39,622 nucleotides of DNA from Conidiobolus incongruus B7586 (lineage: Eukaryota): positions 1 through 39,622 of the forward strand of contig JNEM01011395.1 in NCBI GenBank assembly GCA_000697335.1. The letters run 5' to 3'. The position numbers and the translations under genes are program-made. The notes beneath the pieces are model-generated. The model was not told the origin of the DNA. It saw only the letters and a list, made by a program, of their open reading frames with translations, and did not search any database. Each line of letters starts with the position of its first letter. The stretch's first letter is position 1. Positions 12,730-25,769 of this stretch are shown in pieces.

Positions 12730-14118
12730 TACAAATATGACTTAAACAAAAATATCAATTAAAACTAAATAATTTTAATTTCCAAGCTTGAATGCATATA
12801 ATTTTAAACTATTGATAATTTCAAATCCAATTATTGTATCAAATAGAAAATTAAACTATGTAAATTTAATTTTGATTTGCATTTACTATATGCACAAGTT
12901 ATAAAGGTAGATCAACTAAAAAAATTATATTTGTTAAATATATTTTATATTGAATTAATAAAGGTATAATGGAATAAATTCATTACCAACTATAAAATAA
13001 TCCTCTGTAAATTGAATAGTATCATGGTGTCTGATATCAGAACTAAATTGCATAATATATATCAATAAATCAGCTGATTAATTGTTGTTATATACATTTT
13101 CAAATTACAAAACCAAATTTTAAAGTCGCAACTATCACTTTGATTTTCAAATTTTTTAACTAGAGCTGAATTTTTAATTGGTTATAATTTAGGGTTTAAT
13201 ACATTGTTAGCAAACTATGTTTAAAAAATAGAGATTATGAACGTATTTGTAAATCATTTCAATTTTTACTCATTTAAACAGGTTCCATTTGATAAATAAA
13301 TAACCATTTTAAAAGAAAATTGTAAATATTATATGTTCATTGAACAATATATATTCGTTTTAATTAATAAATTTCAATTCAGATTTTGTGTACCATTTCA
13401 TTATATAGTCCTGTTAAATTATTTATATCGATATTGCATTATTAAGTATTAGGACTATATTAAATAATATAAAATTGAATTTTATGAAATGTATAATTAA
13501 GAAAATCTGCAAAAATATAAAATATCTTTTAATTTAAAAAAATTTTAAAATTATTAGGATTTTTACTAAATATATTTAATATGAATTCTTATAATAATAT
13601 TGTCAATATTTGAGGCTTAGAAATTTCCTTAGTTATAATGAAAAATATTAATCTTAAAATTTAAATATTTTGGTAAATTAAATCACTTTATCAAAATAAA
13701 CTGTGTATAAAATACATTTTTTGTTATATTACAATTAAATATTATTAAAATCTTGAGCTGAAAATATGTTGCATAAAATGATGTAACTATGAACCTGATT
13801 GAAAAAGTGATAAATATTTCGGATAAAATCATAAGTGTTTGCTTACTTTGTGTTTAATATGAAAAGTTACATACTTGTAAGTTTTTGTTAATTTTTTATA
13901 AATCATTTCAATATATAAATAAAGGATTGTATTCGTCAATCGATATAATCTCTCAGCTTCGATTTGAGAATATCATTATAATTTTGCCTATGATAAACAT
14001 ATATTATATTCACTGATTTTTTTTGATTGAAAGTATATGTGATTATTGGCAGTGAACAACATGTATTCATTTCTTCCATTGTATTTTTAATATTTCATTA
14101 CAGGACAAAATAGAATTT

Positions 14119-14938
14119 TTTATAACCACCAATTAAATTTTGAGAGTCATTTTTATGCTCAAGACAGCAATGATATTATTTTGGATTGGAAATTGAGTTG
14201 TAAAGATTGGGAATAGGTTTCGCATTAAGGTATCAAATATCAACAAGAGTACGATACACTGTAGAAAGACCGACTTTCATCACATTCTCACTAGGTTTCT
14301 TAAAAATCTCCCTCACAACTTCTCTCTACAGTTAACTTTTGCAATAATTGCATCTTGCTCTTGGGTTGCTTGGTTTTTGATATTTCAAATCTTTCAGGTG
14401 TTTATTAAGCGTAAAAATTGGATTCAATTTTGTATTCAACTCGTTTTTAATAGCCAGACTAAGTTTGAGAGACTCTGTTCATACACACCAAGTTTTTGTT
14501 CAGTTTTTATATTTTATATGTTTGTGTATGCTTTCAATACTAAAATAGTATCCCTTCACCGCCATATTATTTAACAATTTCCTTGTTCCTTTTCTTTTTC
14601 CCTATCTGTGCTCTTGAAGATATTATTTTGATTCTTTTTTAATAATTTTTTACTCTATTGAATTCGAATTGACTTGTTCTATACCATGAACCACATTAAA
14701 TACCACCAAATTTTTGAATCTCATTCCGAATCATACTTCTCAAATCATTTTATTCTCTATTACCGAACACTTTGGATAGTATTGTGTCAGTTTGGATTCT
14801 GTCCTTGGGTATAAGGTTGATGCTGGTTTCCATTGTCTCATGTTTAGTATAGTGATAAATGTTATTAATATAAATTATGTCCAATGACATAACTTTATAA
14901 TTCGAAGCTAATTTATATTCATGTTGGTTAAAATTCAT
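14119..14938 (-). pseudogene. array copy 3, pseudogene
   Basis: MKVGLSTVYRTLVDI*YLNAKPIPN matches copy 1 MKVGSSTVHRVLTDAGYSRVKPMPD, and CLEHK is present at the 3' end. Probable start MNFNQHE at 14938 (cf. MSSNQPE). Multiple disruptions. Confidence 0.8.
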
Positions 14939-15702
14939 TTAAAGTGATATATTTATAATTGCAAAGTTTATAGTTCACCATTGAATTAATTTTTTTTTCA
15001 AAAAATTCAATAATCAAAATCTATGATATTAAAAAAATTAATTGTTTTCAAAAATAAAAGCCTATTGAGATGAAATGATTATAGAAAATTTTGATAGGTT
15101 AAAATATGATTAATTTTTTCCTTATCAATTTTATACTCTAAATTGTTTTAAATAATAATTTCTCAGTAATATCATGCTAATAAATTTGGGATAATATTAT
15201 ACAGATTGGAAATTTGAAAATTATTCAGTTTGTGACTGTGATTCAATTTTTGGATTTCATTGTGAAAATTTGTAAGTCATAACCCTGAATCTAATTAAAT
15301 TATTTTCTCATAATAAAATTAATAATCAATATGAATATACTTTTGAAAAATTGATACTCTTTAATTTATAGCTACGAACTATTTGGCTGAATTGTATTGT
15401 ATCATGCATTATTATTTATTATTATAATATATACTGTCTTAAAGATATTATTCAAATTATCGTTAAATTTTAAAATATCTAATCATAATCAAATAAAGGC
15501 TAAATATCGTAAAAGATGATTATTCACTATTAAGGATTTAAATTAATTAATTAATTGTATAATTGCATAATTGAATTGCTTATCGTTGTAGAGGTATCAA
15601 ATTAAATTTTTGAATTTTACATCTTGCTCTAAATATTAAAGCTCTCAAGATGATTAAAGTTTTTTTCATGAACACCGCATTTAAATATGTCAAAAGAGAG
15701 TT

Positions 15703-16564
15703 TTAATTAATGAGAGATCAACTATACTGGTTATAATTAGTAATTTATTCCGCTAGTGAATTGATCAGCTGATTCCTAGAATATCCAGCTTCTGTAAGGA
15801 TCCTGAAAACCTTAAAGGTATTAGTTCAAATTCTCTGATCCTTCAATCCCCTACAAATCTCATCCAGTAACTTGTTCCTTCAATTCTCATTCTGTACAAT
15901 TGCAATATCAGAGTTCCTAATCAGATTATTTGGCACCGAACACTTATAAAATAGTACGCCTCTGAATACTTGGTACGCAGCTGAATTTGTGTAGCTTTGG
16001 GATCGAAGCCTCGTTTCAGAGCTTGATTGTAAAGAACAAACGACAACACTTTCCACACTGGTCCTTCGTGAAGTTTCACTAATTGACCTTGCAAAGAGCT
16101 GTAAACTGCAATAAATGCTCGTGTTAATGTGTCCGTAGTTTTGCCTTCTCACTCTTCTCCAGGCTGAGCTATTCCTTGATTGGGGTCGTTCAATTTGCTT
16201 TGGTCAATATTGTCACCAGTATTGGAGATTTCATTTGTTTGGTTGGTAGCAACTTCATCCCGAATGTTATTGCCAGAGTTAACTTTGAACTGTTTACAGG
16301 AAAAAGACGTACTTTTGACGTCCAATTTCAAATAAGATCTAATTGTTCAAATTGTTATACTTTGTGCTGTTAGTATTAACTGTGTAGATATTAGATTAGA
16401 TATCAATTAGTAGAACGCTAGTTAAATTTCTATTCTCGAAGTTATTAGCAGCATTGGAGGTTACTATTTTGGTTTAATAACTATTCTGGGTAATAGTATT
16501 AAAATTGGTTTTCTATTTTATCAAAATAATCATAAACTAAATTTTCAAGTTGATTAGAACTCAT
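15703..16564 (-). pseudogene. array copy 4, pseudogene
   Basis: Starts MSSNQLEN (copy 1 MSSNQPEN). Contains DTLTRAFIA, SISETSRRTSV (HTH1) and VFRILTEAGYSR (HTH2), and ends YS*SL. Frameshifts split it into the short ORFs in the track. Confidence 0.78.
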
Positions 16565-17199
16565 GAAAACATAATCTTATCTAATTTTGATAATTTTGAA
16601 TATTCATAATAATATTTTAAGATTAAATTGAATATTATTAATTCTATAATTCATTAGAGTTAAACTGATTTAGAATTCCAAATTTAATTTTGATATTCGG
16701 ATTGAGAATGTATTCAAAAAATATCAATATTCTAATGATTATGCCAATTATAGTATTTATGTAGTTGAAATAGTTGCCAAAATAATTTTTGAGCATTATT
16801 AGGTGCTTTAGTTGATAATATACCCAATCTTTTATATTTTTACCAAGGTGTAGATATCAGTGTATATTTTGAAAACTTCTGTATTAATTTAATGAATCTT
16901 TAAATATGCATAATATTCAATAATATATAATGTATAAAAAGAGTTTAAATATCTTAAATCCCAAAGTGTTTTTTTTCAGAATTTAATGTTATTTTCAGTC
17001 TACACTATTTTGAAAATATTTTGTCGAAAAATTTGAGACCAAATTGAAAATATCTTAGGAAATAATATGCAATTGTATTAAATTAGGAATAAGTGTGACT
17101 GTTAATTTCAGGTCTACCTCAATTTGATCCCTTAGGATATTTTATTACACTTCATTTCAAGCCAATTAGAATATTCTTAGTTAAAGTGATTATTTTCAA

Positions 17200-17900
17200 C
17201 TATGTTACAGTAGTATACTTATCCTTTAGTGACCAGTAGTATTAGTGAGGATTGCTATACTGGTCTCAAGGTATATTAATTAATTTTGCCTCGGAATATC
17301 GCGCACTTATCTAGATTGAACTGATTTGATACTGTACTCAACATACTGGAGTTGGAGCTTGTTAGATATTTCACTAAGCGCCATTTTCCTACTATTCAAT
17401 TTCTTGAAAGTTGCTATGAAGGCTTTTTTTACATGAGAATTATGCAACAGAGGCTTTATTAGATGATTTGGGTTGAGAAGTTCCTTACGCAGATGGAATA
17501 AAACAACGTTGTGATTGAAATCGCGTTTTAGAGCTAAAGCACAAATTGAACGGACTATAAATCTAAAGATGCCCACCTTTCTTGAAATTTCGAAATTGGT
17601 CATAATTTAGAGTCCTTTATATGCAACAATTGTTGCTCATGTCGTTATGTCTGTATGAAATCCTTTCCTTTTACTCTCTTATCTGGGCTGGGACCATCCA
17701 AAATTTGTGGGATTTATATTGTCGTGTGGGATATCAAGAGAGTTGGACATTCTAATTGCTCGATCATTGTGCATTTCATCTTGAGTTTTATTACTGGAAT
17801 TTTCAGGTTCTATATTTATCAAAGAATGTACTTTCCTTATGATATTGCGAATATTGCTATATAGGATATTAGACAAACTGACATGCTTTCCACCTGTATA
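17200..17900 (-). pseudogene. array copy 5, pseudogene
   Basis: TDITT*ATIVAYKGL*IMTNFEISRKVGIFRFIVRSICALALKRDFN ... YYWSLK, with in-frame stops. The 5' end is approximate. Confidence 0.8.
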
Positions 17901-18698
17901 TCATCGGATTGTATTTCATTGAATTGATCCTAACTGTTTGAGCTACTATTAAAATTGATAACTTCCAATATATCAAATATTCTAAAAATAAGAACATTGG
18001 ACTTATTCAAACTAATTGTTGTTTCTGGTAACAATAATATTTGTATCCAGTAATATTTTTAATTTTAATATTAACAAAATGATATTAATTCAAATTTCGA
18101 AATCAGAGTGAATTAGCTTATTAAATTAGAATATTATAAATTCAGAGGATTTAAACTCTTTTATTGTATCATTTTAAGATAAGACATTCAATATCAAATG
18201 TATAAAATACAGAAATATCAAATTGAATATATTTCCATATTAATAGTATTGTAAATCTTCAATTTATCAGCAATTTACATGTAAAAATCATTCCAATCCA
18301 ATTATAGTGATTTTTTTAGCACAATAGTCTACTGAAATTAAAATGCTACATATAAGAAATTTTATTTATAAACTATAAATAAATTGTAAACATCTGCCTT
18401 TGGTAAAAAATTGATATTTTACCATAGTTTATATATGGTTTTATATTAATAATCTCAAAATCAAATAAAATACATTGAATAGTTTGTTGTCTATTTGGAT
18501 AGATAACTGTGTAGTTTTTTAATTCAATCAAATATTTAATTGTAAGGTACTAATAATTACCTGATATTTATTAGTCATTTTAAAATTAAAATATTTAATA
18601 TTACTGGGGCTGAGCACTGCAAAGGGTCCTAAAAATTACACCCATATCACATTAGAATCCCTAGTAATTATGTCTCTCCAATGAACCAACAAAACTAA

Positions 18699-19418
18699 TT
18701 ATTTCTTTGTATTGGGATTAACAGTACGCGACCAATGATATTTATATTTAAACAAAGACCCAATTTGCATAGGTGAATTGACCCAATTGTAGCCCGCATC
18801 ATTCATAATCCTGGTGACTTTATCCCTACCGATCTTAAGTCCCTGTGCTCTCAACTCTTTGACGATCGCATCAGATCCCTTCTCAATGCCGGTAGGTTCG
18901 CTAGTGACCTTGTCGAGCACTGCAGTCCTGACGATATCTGGAATATCTTTGGGACCTCCACCATTTTTAGGATTGTTCCTCGAATAGTCGAACAGTTCGT
19001 TGGTGATGGGGTGTTCTGCAAATGGACTGAAGCCCTTCTGTAATGCTTTGGCGTAAATGTTATCGACTGTACTCCTGTCGATTCGTAAGCATTTAGCGAC
19101 GTCGGACGACGGCATATCGCAAAAGCCTTTTAGAGCTACGATGGCCCCTTTCATCGAGATGTCCACTACAGTTCTTGTGGTGGCTTTGGGTTTTTTGTTA
19201 GCGTTGTTGTTGGCATTGTTGGTACTGATATTTGTATTATTGTTATTGTTGGGTGTATTATTAGTGTTAGCACCTTCCGAAGTACTAACTATCGCAACAT
19301 CTTGGGTATCTTCGTGAGGTCTTTTATTACTTTGGCTAGAAGCTTGCAAAGTATTGACTAAAACAACGTTATCAATTTCAGAAGTTCCACCATTGGAATT
19401 TTCTTCATTTAAACTCAT
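18699..19418 (-). CDS. Tc1 transposase-derived HTH DNA-binding protein without DDE domain (array copy 6, intact, 239 aa)
   Basis: Asn-rich N-terminus, DISMKGAIVALKGF, HTH1 (SSDVAKCLRIDRSTVDNIY), ALQKGF, HTH2 (IVKELRAQGLKIGRDKVTRIMNDAGY), KYHWS. The GRP linker is replaced by GGGPK. Confidence 0.85.
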   Translation of the reverse strand: MSLNEENSNGGTSEIDNVVLVNTLQASSQSNKRPHEDTQDVAIVSTSEGANTNNTPNNNNNTNISTNNANNNANKKPKATTRTVVDISMKGAIVALKGFCDMPSSDVAKCLRIDRSTVDNIYAKALQKGFSPFAEHPITNELFDYSRNNPKNGGGPKDIPDIVRTAVLDKVTSEPTGIEKGSDAIVKELRAQGLKIGRDKVTRIMNDAGYNWVNSPMQIGSLFKYKYHWSRTVNPNTKK

Positions 19419-19957
19419 CCCAATACCTTAATAAAATAACTTAATTATTAACAATAATTAATATTATTTAGTTGATATTAAAAAATTATTAAATAATGGA
19501 TTTTTAATTCAAAGTTAGGTTTGATTCAAATGGGCAAGTTGTAAATTCATTTTATAATTTAATGTTTATTAATATAAAATTATGGTATTTTTGGGGACTG
19601 ATTCAATTTCCTCAAATTAATCTATAATTTTAATTAATTTTTTAAATTTTAAAATTATTTAGTATTGCATATTTGAATGATCATTACACTTTCAATTACG
19701 CGGATATTGATTAATTAAAAAACTCAGTCTTTTTAGTACAAATTTGAATATATAATACAATAATTATATTTATTTATTTTGTTTTGAAATATAATAACTA
19801 TTGAATTTGAACAGATATCTAGATTCCAATTTAAATTTAATTTTGTTCAATTTTGTATCAATTTGCAACTACTTATTTGCTAAACTTGAACTATTCATTG
19901 TGTAAAAGTAAGGGTTTTCCATGATAGAATATGTTTGAAATAGATTCAATTAATCCT

Positions 19958-20557
19958 TTAATTCTTACGACACCAATAAAATCGATTAGTATACACTGAT
20001 CCATTGACAACTGGAGCTTTCGTCCAACAGTAGCCAGCTTCCTTTAATACTTGACTCACAGTCTCTCTACTCACTTTAAAGCCTTGAGGCTCCAACTCCT
20101 GGGCGATTACTTTACATCCCTTCTCCAATCCACTGGGATCACTATGAATCTTAGCCAAAATCGCCTCCTTAATATTATCAGCCGTCCTTGGTCTTCCCGA
20201 CTTGGGCGTCTTTTCAAAATACTCATCCTTCAAAATTGGATGTGTCGCGAACTGGTCGTACCCCCTCTCAACTGCTTTAGCAATAATTCTCTCTATGGTG
20301 CGACGGTGAACTTGCATTTTGGAGGAGATTTCCGATGTCTTCATCCCCGCTACCGTCTTCAGAGCTACTATAGCAGCTTTTGTGGCAATGTTCATCTGAC
20401 TTTGAGATTGGGTTTTACTTTTTTTTCCTGATTTTATACCCTCATCCTGATGAGTTGGGTTGTCGTCGTCCGAATTACTTAAAATAACGTTGTGACTATT
20501 TTCTTCTTCCAGTTCTCTCTTGCGTATTATTTCTTCTGAAGATTCTGTTGAATTCAT
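19958..20557 (-). CDS. Tc1 transposase-derived HTH DNA-binding protein without DDE domain (array copy 7, intact, 199 aa)
   Basis: First ATG at 20557 (MNSTESSEE). NIATKAAIVALKT, HTH1 (TSEISSKMQVHRRTIERII), AVERGY, PKSGRPR, HTH2 (GCKVIAQELEPQGFKVSRETVSQVLKEAGY), FYWCRKN. Confidence 0.87.
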   Translation of the reverse strand: MNSTESSEEIIRKRELEEENSHNVILSNSDDDNPTHQDEGIKSGKKSKTQSQSQMNIATKAAIVALKTVAGMKTSEISSKMQVHRRTIERIIAKAVERGYDQFATHPILKDEYFEKTPKSGRPRTADNIKEAILAKIHSDPSGLEKGCKVIAQELEPQGFKVSRETVSQVLKEAGYCWTKAPVVNGSVYTNRFYWCRKN

Positions 20558-20619
20558 TGTACTGACAATTCTGTGAATATATTTATTATAATAATAGTAT
20601 ATAACAAAAATTAAATGAC

Positions 20620-20646
20620 AATAATAATAATAATAATAATAATAAT
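20620..20646. repeat. (AAT)9 microsatellite upstream of copy 7
   Basis: Direct reading; it explains the poly-Tyr in the ORF-track extension. Confidence 0.9.
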
Positions 20647-21199
20647 CAATATAACACAATATAGTTAATTTTCGCAACAAACTATATTCAGAGTCCAACT
20701 AATTTTAAATTAATTACAATTTTGTAATTTAATTTATGGTTTTGGATTTTAAAGTTTGGTTTGGCTTTTGACGTCAATTTAATGTCACAATTCAATAATT
20801 TTCAGATCATCTATTTTCATTAATATACCATTTTATTTTGATCTAGCATATGTTAGTGTATAGAATTCAACGTCACAAAACATAAATAATTTTTTATATA
20901 TCTAAAATTAATATGTTCTTAGCATATTCCATTGACATACTAAACCAATATACTATTTAGATATAAAACATGATTACCTTGATAATTTCAATACTAAATT
21001 AGTTATTTAATAATTTCAAATAAATTTCAATTCACAATTAATATTATTTTATATTTTTATCTAATACTTTTTTAAATCAATTAAATTATTCAAAGATTAG
21101 AATCACTTTTATATATATTGATTGATAGTCGAAGTTTTATTAATTTAATATGTTATATGAATTATATATATGAAAACAGGAAATAAATATGTATATTAA

Positions 21200-22260
21200 A
21201 ATATAGTCGAGCTTAACCGGGACAGCCATAATCCCAATCACATCTATTTAATTGAAAGGATCTATTTGAAAAATTCCTAAGCCCTACCAATACCATTCTC
21301 AATTATCAAGCCGCAGCAACACCCTGAAATCTTGGTACTCTCACCAAATATAACAAGAATTTACCACGATTTAATTTGTGTTATGGTAGGTTCACTATAT
21401 CTTCGGTGGCTTAGACATAGTATATATCCATCCAATTTGATTCTATCCTTCGAATCAATAATGCACGATCTTCTTCCTTCTATATATTCTTGGGATATTT
21501 TAAATATCCTAAACTAAAATCCATGATAGATAAATATAAAATACCTGAATAAATATGCTAAGGAAATGAGTCAACTTAACCAGAGTCCTAATCTCTTCAA
21601 CCAATTGCATCCATATTTCGAAAAGCATTGGTGACTGGCAATATTCGAACCATCCTTACCTGACACTGTTTTCATCGCCTTATAAAACCAAAGTCCTTAA
21701 TCCTCCGCTTCACAATTAGAAACCTCAGCTAGAGGCTCCCAAAAGCTTTACAAATTATTAATTAGACAGCTATAAATAGCAGAAGCAAGATTGGTCTGGT
21801 ACCAGACTAGGAGGATGCCATTTGAGTTGAATAAATTTTTCAAAATTTAACTCAATGAAGGAAACTCAATAATAAGCATATAAAGTATGTCAAAGTAGTA
21901 TTAAATACTGATACATAGTTCAATGAAATATTAACTTCCGAAAAATTTAATCCACATAAGCTTCTCCCTAGCTCGCCACAATCATAATCGCAATAGTACA
22001 AATGTTGTTAGGTCCATTCCGTTATGGTCAGGAATGTCTCGTATGTTACTTAGAACTCGCCATGCAACCTCCGCATTACATCTCTAAGCCCTAATATGAG
22101 GCTTGAGGACCTTCTACAAAATGGCGCCGAAGAAGCAGCTATGATACACGAGATGGCTGCATGTACATAGCCATAGCGGCAGGTTTCGTGTGAGTTGGGT
22201 TGAATTTATGGAAGAGAAAAGTAATGGCTATGACGAGATTTGAGGTATTTAAATTAGTGA
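21200..22260. pseudogene. unidentified decayed coding-like segment interrupting the array
   Basis: About 1 kb with GC and CpG content like the genes but stops in all frames. No array motifs recognised. Confidence 0.35.
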
Positions 22261-22996
22261 GTTCACAAACCCTAGTATTTTGGCTGGATGGAGAGGTATA
22301 AATCAATTCAATTTGAAATGATGAAATTTATGATCTGATCTAATTCTTTTCAAATTTGAATTAATCAATCAAATATTAAAATTATAGAAAAGTTAAATTG
22401 TTGGAATTAATGGAGTCACTAATATATCACCAAATAGTGATTATTAGATTTTCAATTGAAATTTCAGTCATATTTACAATGTGATTACAAATGATTAGTA
22501 TGTTATAAGCTTTCTATCCAATATTGACACTAGTTTATTTGAAATAACCAACCAGTTTCTTTAAATCTTTATCTCAAAATACGATTTTGAAAATTTTGGG
22601 AAATTAAACCAATCAAATTTGATAATATTAAAAATAAAAACAATTGAGTTTAATATGATATTATTAATTGATATACTAGATAGTTAAAGTTAGAATATTT
22701 TTTCGATTAATAAGAGTTTAATTTGAATTTATTGTATTTCAGTATTAGAATAAATATAATAAATTGACCAGTTTCGTAATTTAATTTTTTTTCTCATTTA
22801 AATTTGCTTTATTTTTCATTGTTGAATAAATTTCATTATTAAAAGCATATAAAACAGATTATATAATATCTATAATTGATCTAAATAAAATTTCAACTAT
22901 TCACAATTCTTTAACTTGTGTTCAATAATTCTAAATTCGAAATTCAAATTTTGGAAATATATATTTGAATCCACAATAAAATTTAATAAATTCTAT

Positions 22997-23575
22997 TTAA
23001 TTTTTTATGTTTAACCACTATTTAAATTGATCTTTAAAAGCTTTGCCATCAGGCACCTGTGAGTCGGCCCAAGAATACCTATCATCCATAAGTATACCTC
23101 GCAAAATGTGATAAAAAATTTTATACCATCAAGTCCCAATTCCATTGCTAGTACTTTACTTCCCTTCTTCAAAATCTCAGTATCTCAGTAAACCATGTCC
23201 AAAATGTCTTCCTTAACCCCGTCTCTAGATCCCGGTGTTCCATGAATTGATGCTCTTTCGAAGAATTCCTGCCTCAAATCCGTTGAATTGGATTCGAGAT
23301 TATACCCACGTTCCTGAGCTCTCTTCAGTGCTCTCTTAATTTTTGTGCAAATATTAAACCATTGGTTAAATTTTCCAGGTTTCATAGCTCTAATAGTGCT
23401 TAGACCGAAAATTGCAGATTTTCAACAAGCATATATTGTGAAACCTAGTTGGATTTTTGGTTCTTTGGAAATTCTTTGTCTGAAGCACTGTTAGATTCAT
23501 TGATTTTCGAGCCATAAGAAAATGGTCATTTTGTGGAAGTTTTTTCAAATTTTTAAAATTCATTATACTAGTCAA
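22997..23575 (-). pseudogene. array copy 8, pseudogene
   Basis: ALKRAQERGYNLES..LRQEFFE...GVKEDILDMVY*DTEILKKGSKVLAMELGLDGIK, then YSWADSQVPDGKAFKDQF after a frameshift. Closest in style to copy 7. Confidence 0.82.
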
Positions 23576-24819
23576 TTATTTTATAATTATTTAATGCTTT
23601 GAATGAATAATTATACTAAAATACTATATGATCAAGAATATCAATAAAAAGCAATAATACTTTCATTATATAAATAAAATTGATCAAATAAGTACTTGGA
23701 TTGAATTTCAATTTATACATTCTCTAATAGGTTGGGATTAATGGGGTATTTATGACTAGTTAATTATATTTGAATAAGAGAAATCCTTAAGGGTATTTAT
23801 TTCTATTGATGTTTGAAAATAAAAACAAATTAGTATATATTGGATAACTATGTGTTATAATTAAATATGTAACTAAAATTTCAAATACAATTCTTGTTTT
23901 AAAACATTATTTATAATAATATATATCTACATACTATAGATAATGTGAAACCATGCATAATTTAGATTTTAATGACGAATTTATAAAGAATAATTATTAC
24001 TTTTTTATAGATTTTATTGATTTTATGACAACTTTCAATAATTTGCTTCATCATCCCCAAACTGATTTAACAACTATACAATATTATCATGTTTGTATAG
24101 AGTTGTGGTTCTACTGATTGCTAATATGGTATTGTTAATAGGGAGGGAACTGTTTGCTTGTGGTTTGTTTAGTAGTTTGGGCTAAGTCGTTTTATTAGGG
24201 TTCGTCAAGGGTTTAATGAGCTTCACATAAGACCGCAAGTGATATTGAAAATGTATTCCGACAATGCTTCTTTTGTAGTCGGTCATAGATAGTGTAAAGG
24301 AGTGTATTAGGTCTTCAGAAAAATAAGACCTTGAAGTGTTGTTACGGGTATTTCGAATTATCTCTCCATAAGGTATTAGATTGTGGGATGAAGTTGGTCG
24401 AGCGGGTTACATTTTAACAATCACAGAGTAATTTGCTTGATAAATAGATGTTTACTATTAAGTTTTGAATTTATTATAAAAATTTGATGTTATTTACATT
24501 CAACTACAAATGTAGTTATTTGATAATTTAAAACATAAAAATATTTTAAAGGTATGAATCAAATTTCAATCTTAATTGATAGTAGAAATATTGTGCAGAT
24601 GAATCATTATACAAATAATTCTGTGACCTATAGGTTTAATTGCTTAAATAAATATAATTACCAATTTGAAATATTTATCAAACCTTTCACATGAAATAAA
24701 AGATATCATTATAATATTCAACTCTTTCATAAACTTGTAAGGAATATATTATAATATAATAAATTTTTCATAAAAATTAATGTTCTTCGATTATGATTAA
24801 TTATTGAAGATATTAACAT

Positions 24820-25340
24820 TATCTCGACTTTTGCTAATGCAATACCATGTAATTCATAGCATCATGATCCTTATTATGGGAAAATTTATCCCTATGTCTC
24901 ACTATCAAACATCTGAACTGATTTCAAGAGTATCGGGCATTCATAATCATCAGGCGTAAATGAGTTTTGATGCTTTCATCCCTCTGAACTCAATTTCTTT
25001 TGCAATTGCTAGACATCCTCTGTCCAGCATGGAAGAATCTTCATTTATTGTCTATAGTCTGTTGCTTGGTTTGGACTGGCATCCTAGGTTCCTTAATGAT
25101 AAAGATCCTGTCAAGGTATTCTTCGAGCTCAACCGATTGGAATATGGATTGTATCCACTTCCTTGAATTTTCGATAAGATTCTTTTGATCATTCGTGACG
25201 ATATTATGGATTATTTGGCGATTAGATACGATTTCATATAGGCTATAGTACTAAGTGTGGATACTGCAACTTTTTAGCAGTTTTCGAAGCAGTTATGCTT
25301 ATTTTTTTATTGTTGGAACTTTCGTATTCTGAAGAATGGT
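24820..25340 (-). pseudogene. array copy 9, pseudogene
   Basis: QGSGYNPYS...DSSMLDRGCLAIAKEIEFRGMK matches DPSGLEKGCKVIAQELEPQGFK of copy 7. Stops and frameshifts present. Confidence 0.75.
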
Positions 25341-25769
25341 GAGCGTAAAAAATCGGATTAGTAGAACAATGGTCGTTATGTAGGTAGTTTTTTTAAGTTT
25401 TAAGAATTCACTATAATTATATAATACTATAGGGTTATTTCTAATTATTCAAAAAAAAATAAGTCATTTTAATTAAAAATTAAAAATTAATAATAATAAA
25501 TTTTTTCAAATTTTCATTTTAAAATTTAAAACCGTCCTTTAAATTGAGAATAAATTTATGTATTTGTGACTGTTATCCAAAATGGGTGATATGTGAGAAT
25601 ATTTTACTTATTCCCAAGGTTCATTTTTTTATGTCTATTATAGAATATATTATTGAGAGTGGCAGGTACTATTTATCAAACTGTAGTTATCAATTCAAGT
25701 GTAATAGTTAGTATATTATATTACTTATAAATCTCTATAATATTGTAATACTACTTCAATCTATTACAG

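Noticed and set aside
19057..19317. Hydrophobic 86 aa + strand ORF resembling a membrane peptide
   Set aside because: Antisense shadow of the Asn-rich (AAC/AAT) region of copy 6.
20558..20698. N-terminal poly-Tyr extension of ORF 19958..20698
   Set aside because: It begins at a TTG and translates an (AAT)n microsatellite and AT-rich leader. The first ATG at 20557 gives a protein colinear with its paralogs.
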